Shown: in pieces, positions 58,263 through 64,000 of the stretch | Numbering within the stretch: position 1 is the stretch's first letter | Layout of the letters: each line of letters opens with the position of its first letter | From: Bacteroidota bacterium | Lineage (GTDB): Bacteria; Pseudomonadota; Gammaproteobacteria; Burkholderiales; Rhodocyclaceae | DNA: 64,000 bases | Assembly (NCBI GenBank): GCA_050259955.1 | Contig: JBLNBM010000003.1 | Span: 83,935-147,934 of the forward strand | Direction: 5' to 3' | The notes under the pieces: model-generated | Databases searched by the model: none | The model's input: the letters and a program-made list of their open reading frames with translations, nothing else | What the model was told of the DNA's origin: nothing | Translations under genes and position numbers: made by a program

Positions 58263-59223
58263 TCAGGGATTGCGGCAGGCGTCTACCCGGTCGTCGCCGC
58301 CTCGCCCGCAGGGCGTCGGCTACCGGATGCGGCGTACCGTCGGCGTCGATCTGCGCGGCGACGGTCGCCCAGTCCACCACGCCGGATCGGTCGAGGCGAA
58401 CGCGCAACAGCCAGCCGCGCCGAGCCTCCGGGTAGTCGAACCCGTCGAAAACGAAATTGCCCAGGCTGTAAATGATCGGTTTGCCCTGGTAAATTTCGGC
58501 GCCCTGCGTGACGTGCGGATGGCCGCCGACGACCAGGGCGGCGCCTTCGTCGATCAGGCGGCGGGCGAACTGGCGTTGCCGCTCGCCGGGGAGCGTTTCC
58601 TTTTCCCAGCCCCAGTGCATGAAGGGGATGACCAAATCGGCGCCGGCGGCCCGGGCTGCCCGAATGTCGTCGATCACCTGGTCGTCCTCGCTCCAGGCAA
58701 TGCCCGGCCAGTCGGCGCCGGCTTCGAAGGCGCGCGGTTTGAATTCGTTGTAGGCGAGCACGGCGACTTTCAGGCCGTTTCGGGTGATCCACAGCGGTTG
58801 GTGCGCTTCGCCAAGATTGCGCCCACCGCCGAAGTGGGTGATGCCGGCGCTGTCGAGATGGCTGATGGTTTCGAGGAAGGCGGCCTGGCCGTAGTCGCCG
58901 GAATGGTTGTTGGCCAGTCCGACGGCATCGAAACGGCCGGCCAGCACGCGGGTGGCGGCCGGACTGGCGCGAAAACTGTAGATCTTGTTGTCCGCCGCCC
59001 TGCCGACGTCGGCGATCGGGCATTCGAGATTGCCGATCCGGTAGTCGGCGGCCTGGAGGATGTCGGCGAACGAAGCGAGCGGATCGCCGCCTTGGGCGAT
59101 CAGGCGGCCGGGGCCGTCGTCGAGCATGATGTCGCCAGCGAAAATCAGGGTCAGCGGTTCGGCGTGCAGGCCGAGGCCGAGCAGCAGGCTGATCGCCGCC
59201 AGCAAGCAGGAGACAGGCTTCAT
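58263..59223 (-). pseudogene. CapA-family metallophosphoesterase with apparent frameshift near the 3' end (true lesion or sequencing error)
   Basis: GDIML, GNLEC, LANNH, HWG, GGHPHV, YSLGNFVF. The main frame runs on to 57928 as an Arg-rich tail overlapping kup, whereas a shifted frame from 58310 gives CGRGGDDRVDACRNP*. Confidence 0.65.
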
Positions 59224-59627
59224 GACCGGGCTGCGCTTGTCAGTTCGCACCAATACTGCAGTTCGCCGTCGCGCAGCGGTTCATAGACCCGCTGCTGGCC
59301 GGTAAAGCCACCGACGGCCGCATTGCTCGCCGGGTAGTGGTAGCTGGCCTGATGGATCAGGGCCGGTCCGCTGGCGTGGTCGGCGTAGGTGTAGAGCTTG
59401 ATGCCGGCGAGGTCGGCGGGGGCGTCGCGGAAAACGATGCGAAACAGGAAATAGGAACCGATGGCGCGCGGTGCGATGGCGTAAGGCGAACTCACCGGCT
59501 CGGCTTCGATGACGCGGCTTTCGCCACCGTAGTCGACATGGCAGGCGACGGTTTCGGCCCGGGCCAGCCCGCTGGCGGCGAGCAGTCCGACGAGCAGCCA
59601 GGCCCGGCAGTTAGCGGGCCGGAACAC
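59220..59627 (-). CDS. Hypothetical exported protein
   Basis: Signal-like N-terminus, ETVACHVDYGGE...ELQYWCEL; overlaps both neighbours. Confidence 0.7.
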   Translation of the reverse strand: MFRPANCRAWLLVGLLAASGLARAETVACHVDYGGESRVIEAEPVSSPYAIAPRAIGSYFLFRIVFRDAPADLAGIKLYTYADHASGPALIHQASYHYPASNAAVGGFTGQQRVYEPLRDGELQYWCELTSAARS

Positions 59628-60300
59628 GGTTCACTGCTTGCAGCAGGATGTCCTGATGGCTGGCCTCGCCGTTACTCAGCGTCGGATAGTGTTGGCCGCT
59701 GGCGAATAGCCGGTGGCCGCCGTGCTCGATGTATGCCGAAACGCCGACGTGCGGCTTTTTGCCGAGCAGATCGCGGTCGATGCTGGTCGCGAAGGCGATC
59801 GGCAGCGGCTGGCCGGCGAGGGCGATGCGTTGTTCGGCCAGACTGCGGGCAGTGCCGCCGGCAAGGTTCTGGACGCGGACGACGAGCACGGCACCCGGCG
59901 GTAGCGCGCTGCGCTGGCGGTAGCTGACGCTGCCGGTGATGTCGATGAAACTGCTCGGGGCGGCCGGCGAGCGGCTCGCCACGGCGGTGGCCGGGGCGCT
60001 GTCGCCCTGGCTGCAGCGCCGGGTGTTGCCCCGGCCATCCTCGAACAGCGCCTGCTCGTCGCGAATGTGCAGGCGGATCGCGTCGTCGCGGTAGAGGACG
60101 CCGGCAGCGGCCGGAACCTGCGGCAGGGTCAGGGTTTCGTCGGCAAAATGGAGGACGGCGAGCGGCCGGTCGTCGCTGCCGGTAATCCGCGAAATCTCGA
60201 TCCGGCTGCCGTTGTCGCAGGTGTAAACCACGCGCTCGGCGGCATTCTGGGCGAAGGCGGCGAAGGGCAGGCAGAGCAGGGGCAGCAGGCGGAGTTTCAT
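59611..60300 (-). CDS. Periplasmic MliC-like / YbaY-like two-domain protein
   Basis: YTCDNG...[12 protein letters not shown]...RRC (MliC-like), then [23 protein letters not shown]...LPIAF (YbaY/YscW-like). Confidence 0.75.
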   Translation of the reverse strand: MKLRLLPLLCLPFAAFAQNAAERVVYTCDNGSRIEISRITGSDDRPLAVLHFADETLTLPQVPAAAGVLYRDDAIRLHIRDEQALFEDGRGNTRRCSQGDSAPATAVASRSPAAPSSFIDITGSVSYRQRSALPPGAVLVVRVQNLAGGTARSLAEQRIALAGQPLPIAFATSIDRDLLGKKPHVGVSAYIEHGGHRLFASGQHYPTLSNGEASHQDILLQAVNRVPAR

Positions 60301-61040
60301 GGGGTTGGGTCAAGGTTGAGCGTTTGCCACTGGCCGTCGATCAGGCCTTCGATGGGCGTAAAGCCGGATTTGTAGGCCATTTTGCGGCTTTCGGCAATCC
60401 AGTAGCCGAGATAAAGGTAGGGCAGGCCGAGTTCCATGCACTGTCCCGCCTGCCACAGCACGTTGTAGGTGCCGAAGCTGGCATGCGGGACGTCCGGGTC
60501 GTAGAAGGTGTACACCGAGGACAAGCCGTCGTCGAGGACGTCGATCAGGCTGACCATGCGCACGCCTTCGTCATCGGAAAACTCGATCAGCCGGGTATCG
60601 ACCCGGCTTTGCAGCAGGAACTGGCTGTATTGCTCGCGGCTGTCGTCGTCCATGCCGCCGCCGGGATGGCGCGCCTGCTGGTAGCGGTTGTAAAGCGCGT
60701 AGTGATCGCTGAACAGCATCAGCGGCATTTCGCGGGCCTGCAGATTGGCATGCTTCTTCAGGGCGCGGCGCTGGCTGCGGTTCGGCTGCAGGTCGGCGAC
60801 CGGCAGGCGGACCGGGACGCAGGCGCGGCAATGGTCGCAATGCGGCCGGTAGGTAAACACGCCGCTGCGCCGAAAGCCACTGCGCACCAGCATGCTATAG
60901 ACGTCGCTGGAAATCAGGTAGGCCGGGGTGGCGACTTGCGAGCGCGCCTGGCGGTCCGGCAGGTAACTGCACGGATAGGGCGAGGTGGCGTAGAACTGCA
61001 GCAGCGAGAAAGGCAGGGCTGCGTCATTGGGTTGGGACAT
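60297..61040 (-). CDS. bpt: Aspartate/glutamate leucyltransferase Bpt (ATE1-like)
   Basis: YPCSYLP, GFRRSG...[32 protein letters not shown]...KMAYK. Confidence 0.9.
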   Translation of the reverse strand: MSQPNDAALPFSLLQFYATSPYPCSYLPDRQARSQVATPAYLISSDVYSMLVRSGFRRSGVFTYRPHCDHCRACVPVRLPVADLQPNRSQRRALKKHANLQAREMPLMLFSDHYALYNRYQQARHPGGGMDDDSREQYSQFLLQSRVDTRLIEFSDDEGVRMVSLIDVLDDGLSSVYTFYDPDVPHASFGTYNVLWQAGQCMELGLPYLYLGYWIAESRKMAYKSGFTPIEGLIDGQWQTLNLDPTP

Positions 61041-61043
61041 GGC

Positions 61044-61748
61044 TTACCAGTGAGTGTGTAAATTGTCGGCGGACCATGGGGTGCGCGGGCTGGGCGCCGC
61101 GCTCAGGAGTTCCAGGCGGGCCAGGAATACGCTCCGGGGGATTTCCCGGCCGCCCAGGGAAGCGAGGTGTGCGGTACGCATTTGACAGTCGATCATGCCG
61201 AATTTCTGCTCGTTGAGTTGCGCGATGAGATGAGCGAAGGCGACCTTCGAGGCGTCGCTGCGCTGCGCGAACATCGACTCGCCGTAAAACATGCGACCGA
61301 TGGCCAGACCGTACAAGCCGCCCACCAAATCGCCTCCGACATAGCTTTCGACCGAATGCGCCCAGCCAAGTTCATGCAGCCGGATGTAGGCATTCTGCAT
61401 TTCCGGCGTAATCCAGGTGCCGTCCTGGCCGGGCCGCGGTGTTGCAGCGCAACGGGCGATGACGCCGGCAAAGTCGGTGTCGAAGCGAACCTCGAATTTG
61501 CCCGAGCGCAGCGTTTTTCGCAGGGAACGGGTCAGCCGGAATTCATCCGGGAAAAGCACCATCCGGGGGTCCGGGCTATACCACAGCGGCTGGCCGTCGA
61601 TCGTGCCCCACGGGAAAATGCCGCGCCGGTAGGCATCGAGCAAATGGGCCGGATCGAGATCGCCGCCGACGGCAAGCAGGCCGCCCAGATCTTCGCGCGC
61701 CCCCTCGATCGGGGGGAAAGGGTCGAAGGGGCCGAGAAAGCGGATCAT
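61044..61748 (-). CDS. aat: Leucyl/phenylalanyl-tRNA--protein transferase
   Basis: GLLAVGGDL, AYRRGIFPW, WYSPDPR, WAHSVE, LVGGLYG, FYGESMF, DASKVA, IDCQ. Confidence 0.95.
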   Translation of the reverse strand: MIRFLGPFDPFPPIEGAREDLGGLLAVGGDLDPAHLLDAYRRGIFPWGTIDGQPLWYSPDPRMVLFPDEFRLTRSLRKTLRSGKFEVRFDTDFAGVIARCAATPRPGQDGTWITPEMQNAYIRLHELGWAHSVESYVGGDLVGGLYGLAIGRMFYGESMFAQRSDASKVAFAHLIAQLNEQKFGMIDCQMRTAHLASLGGREIPRSVFLARLELLSAAPSPRTPWSADNLHTHW

Positions 61749-61775
61749 CAGCGGCGCCGGTGCTGCGTCGTCAGC

Positions 61776-62393
61776 CTAGGGCTGGCGACGGCTTTTCCAG
61801 AAGCCGGCTTTCTCGTTGTCGGCGGGGGCAGCGGCGGCCGGTGCGGCGGCGGTTTTGCCGGAATCCATCAGGTCCATGGTCAGCAGATTGGTGTCGAGAC
61901 CATAACTGGCCACGATGTCGACTTCTTCGATGACTCGATAATCTTCGTCGTGGCCGGCGTCCGCTGCTGCGTCGGCGGAGCCGGCCGGCGCCGAGGGCGT
62001 GAATTCGATGGGCGGCAATTCTGGGGCAACGACCCGCGGTTCGAGCGGCGGCTGCGGCAAGGTGGCAGGCAGGGCGATGCCTTCCGGAACCTGCGCGCCG
62101 CAGGCCAGCAGCAGGCTGACGATGGCGTCGTGGCGGGCGCGCAGGGCCAGGCGCAAAGGCATGCCGGGGCCGTCGGCGCCGGCGGCATTGACGTTGGCGC
62201 CGCGTCCGACCAGTTCGCGCACGATATCGACATTGCCGGCAAAGCAGGCGGTTCGCAAGGGGAGACCGGCCAGTCCGTGCTGGTCGGCTTCCTCGATGGC
62301 GCCGCCGGCGTCAAGGGCGGCGATGACCGCCGTCAGACTGGACTGGCGGATGGCGGCGATAAGCGGGCTGGTGGTGAAACTCTTGGCTGACAT
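61776..62393 (-). CDS. Ankyrin-repeat-like protein (paralog of 28279-28776)
   Basis: LIAAIRQS...ALDAGG, LPLRTACFAGNVDIVRELVGRGANVN, MPLRLALRARHDAIVSLLLACGA. Confidence 0.75.
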   Translation of the reverse strand: MSAKSFTTSPLIAAIRQSSLTAVIAALDAGGAIEEADQHGLAGLPLRTACFAGNVDIVRELVGRGANVNAAGADGPGMPLRLALRARHDAIVSLLLACGAQVPEGIALPATLPQPPLEPRVVAPELPPIEFTPSAPAGSADAAADAGHDEDYRVIEEVDIVASYGLDTNLLTMDLMDSGKTAAAPAAAAPADNEKAGFWKSRRQP

Positions 62394-62508
62394 GGCTGCG
62401 ACGGATGGGCCGGGGAGAAAGTCTGTGGAATTGTGCGGTCTTTTGCCGGTCGTGCCAAGAGGCCGGTTGGCTGGCTATCGGCCTGCGCCGCGAGGGCGAA
62501 TCGGGGAC

Positions 62509-62538
62509 GAAAAAAAAGCGGCCGCGCCGCCCTGTTTT
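62509..62538 (-). terminator. Rho-independent terminator after NlpC/P60 gene
   Basis: Minus strand GCGG-cgcgg-CCGC followed by a T run directly after the stop codon. Confidence 0.55.
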
Positions 62539-63044
62539 CAGTTGCCGTCGATGATGCGACGGGCGCCGTTGTAGCGCTGCATCCAGTAGCTGCTGTCCAT
62601 GTTCTCGACGCGGACTTCGGCGCCGGTGCGCGGAGCATGCAGGAAATGGTTGTCGCCGAGATAGATGCCGACGTGCGAGAAAGTGCGCCGCATGGTGTTG
62701 AAGAAGACGAGGTCGCCCGGCTTCAGCTGGCTGGAATCGATCTGCTGGCCGACTTCGCTCATTTCCTTGGCGGTGCGCGGCAGCAGTGCGCCGACGCTGT
62801 CCTTGAAGACGAGGCGGACAAAACCGCTGCAGTCGAGGCCGCTGTCTTCGTTGTTGCCGCCCCAGCGGTAGCGTACGCCGACCAGCTTGAGGCCTTGCAG
62901 GATGACATCCTGGGCGACGTTGGTGTAACGTTCGAAGAAGGATTGCTGCTCTTCCTTGCGGACAGGCTCGGCCGCGAGGGACGAGGTGATTCCGCAGGTG
63001 AAGAGTGCGGAAGCAAGGAAAAAGGAAGCCAAGACTTTTTGCAT
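62538..63044 (-). CDS. NlpC/P60 (C40) cell-wall peptidase
   Basis: GVRYRWGG, GLDCSGFV, LPRTA, GDLVFF, SHVGIYLG...FLHAP. Confidence 0.92.
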   Translation of the reverse strand: MQKVLASFFLASALFTCGITSSLAAEPVRKEEQQSFFERYTNVAQDVILQGLKLVGVRYRWGGNNEDSGLDCSGFVRLVFKDSVGALLPRTAKEMSEVGQQIDSSQLKPGDLVFFNTMRRTFSHVGIYLGDNHFLHAPRTGAEVRVENMDSSYWMQRYNGARRIIDGN

Positions 63045-63112
63045 AGCGGCGAAATGTATTGCAAAAACATTGGCCTGTAAAGCCGTGGTAACAATCGGCG
63101 ACTGCAACTATG

Positions 63113-63133
63113 TTCATAATCCGTAATTATGAA
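63113..63133. promoter_or_regulatory. Perfect 8-5-8 inverted repeat, candidate operator
   Basis: TTCATAAT-ccgta-ATTATGAA in the AT-rich divergent promoter region. Confidence 0.55.
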
Positions 63134-63164
63134 TACAATTTATTCCCCGATAGCTAGGAGCATC

Positions 63165-64000
63165 ATGAATTCCTTCAAGGCACTGCTGATAGAAGAGCGC
63201 GACGGTCAGGTCAGCAGCGGCTTTGTCCGGCTCGATGAAAGCCGGCTCGACGCGGGCGAGGTGACCATCCGGGTCGCCTATTCCAGCGTCAACTACAAGG
63301 ATGCACTGGCGGCGACCGGCAGTGGCAAGATCATTCGGCGCTTTCCCTGCGTCGGCGGTATCGATCTCGCGGGAACCGTAATCAGCAGTGCCGATGGCCG
63401 TTTCCGGCCGGGCGACGAGGTGATTGCGACCAGTTTCGACATCGGCGTCGCCCATCACGGCGGCTATGCCGAAATCGCCCGCGTGCCGGCCGACTGGGTG
63501 GTGCCTTTGCCCGCCGGGCTGTCGCTGTTCGACGCCATGGCGCTGGGCACGGCCGGTTTCACCGCGGCGCTCGGCATTGTCCGCATGGAAGAAAATGGCC
63601 TTCGGCCGGACAAGGGGCCGGTCATCGTCACCGGCGCCACCGGCGGCGTCGGCAGCCTGGCGGTCGATATGCTGGCGCAACGCGGTTATCACGTCGTCGC
63701 GCTGACCGGCAAGGAAAGTGAAGCCGATTACCTGCGCCGCCTGGGGGCGGCCGAAGTCATGCTGCGCCAGGGCCTGGACCTGGGCAAAATCCGCCCGCTC
63801 GACCGGGCGCGCTGGGCCGGCGCCGTCGATAACCTGGGTGGCGACGTGCTGGCCTGGATCGCCAGCACCATGGACCAGGGCGGCACCATTGCCAGTATCG
63901 GGCTGGCCGCCAGCATGTCATTGAATACGACGGTGGCCCCTTTCATCCTGCGCGGCGTTTCCCTGCTCGGCATCGACTCCGGCTACATCCGCGAACCTTA
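63165..64000 (+). CDS. acuI: MDR-family oxidoreductase AcuI/YhdH (acrylyl-CoA reductase-like), truncated by window edge
   Basis: Manual translation MNSFKALLIEE...YSSVNYKDALA...GIDLAGTV...GTAGFTAAL...VTGATGGVGS...PFILRGV. Confidence 0.88.
   Translation, partial: MNSFKALLIEERDGQVSSGFVRLDESRLDAGEVTIRVAYSSVNYKDALAATGSGKIIRRFPCVGGIDLAGTVISSADGRFRPGDEVIATSFDIGVAHHGGYAEIARVPADWVVPLPAGLSLFDAMALGTAGFTAALGIVRMEENGLRPDKGPVIVTGATGGVGSLAVDMLAQRGYHVVALTGKESEADYLRRLGAAEVMLRQGLDLGKIRPLDRARWAGAVDNLGGDVLAWIASTMDQGGTIASIGLAASMSLNTTVAPFILRGVSLLGIDSGYIREP

Noticed and set aside
1-64000. Mobile elements, prophage, defence systems, tRNA or rRNA
   Set aside because: No integrase, transposase, phage, nuclease or methyltransferase motifs and no tRNA/rRNA signatures were seen by eye. 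A tRNAscan/Infernal run would be needed to exclude small RNAs.

Overview
GC-rich betaproteobacterial chromosome segment; a Rhodocyclales (Dechloromonas/Azonexus-like) origin is inferred from gene content only. No rRNA, tRNA, CRISPR array, integrase or transposase was recognised. Main blocks: (1) a K+ locus with an N-terminally shortened kdpD, kdpE and kup, a KdpE-type operator, no kdpFABC in the window, and an upstream SulP-STAS-cNMP transporter; (2) a ~13.5 kb iron cluster with two complementary bacterioferritin subunits, feoB-feoA, tonB-exbB-exbD, a TonB-dependent receptor, a PepSY-TM protein, and hemP-ftrA-porin-ftrB-ftrC-ftrD, with Fur-like boxes; (3) housekeeping genes deaD, tas, DUF47-pit, greB and sigma32-driven htpG; (4) signalling genes: a FIST/NosP-kinase-REC/EAL operon, a PAS-GGDEF-EAL protein, an ODP-like di-iron protein, and a DGC / diheme peroxidase / DAHL-PAS-GGDEF-EAL cassette lying between rnfE and nth; (5) rnfABCDGE, pyrD, a second kup, a frameshifted CapA-family gene, aat-bpt, NlpC/P60 and acuI/yhdH. 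The best candidate for an undescribed system is the peroxidase-DAHL c-di-GMP module. Family assignments come from motif recognition, not database searches.
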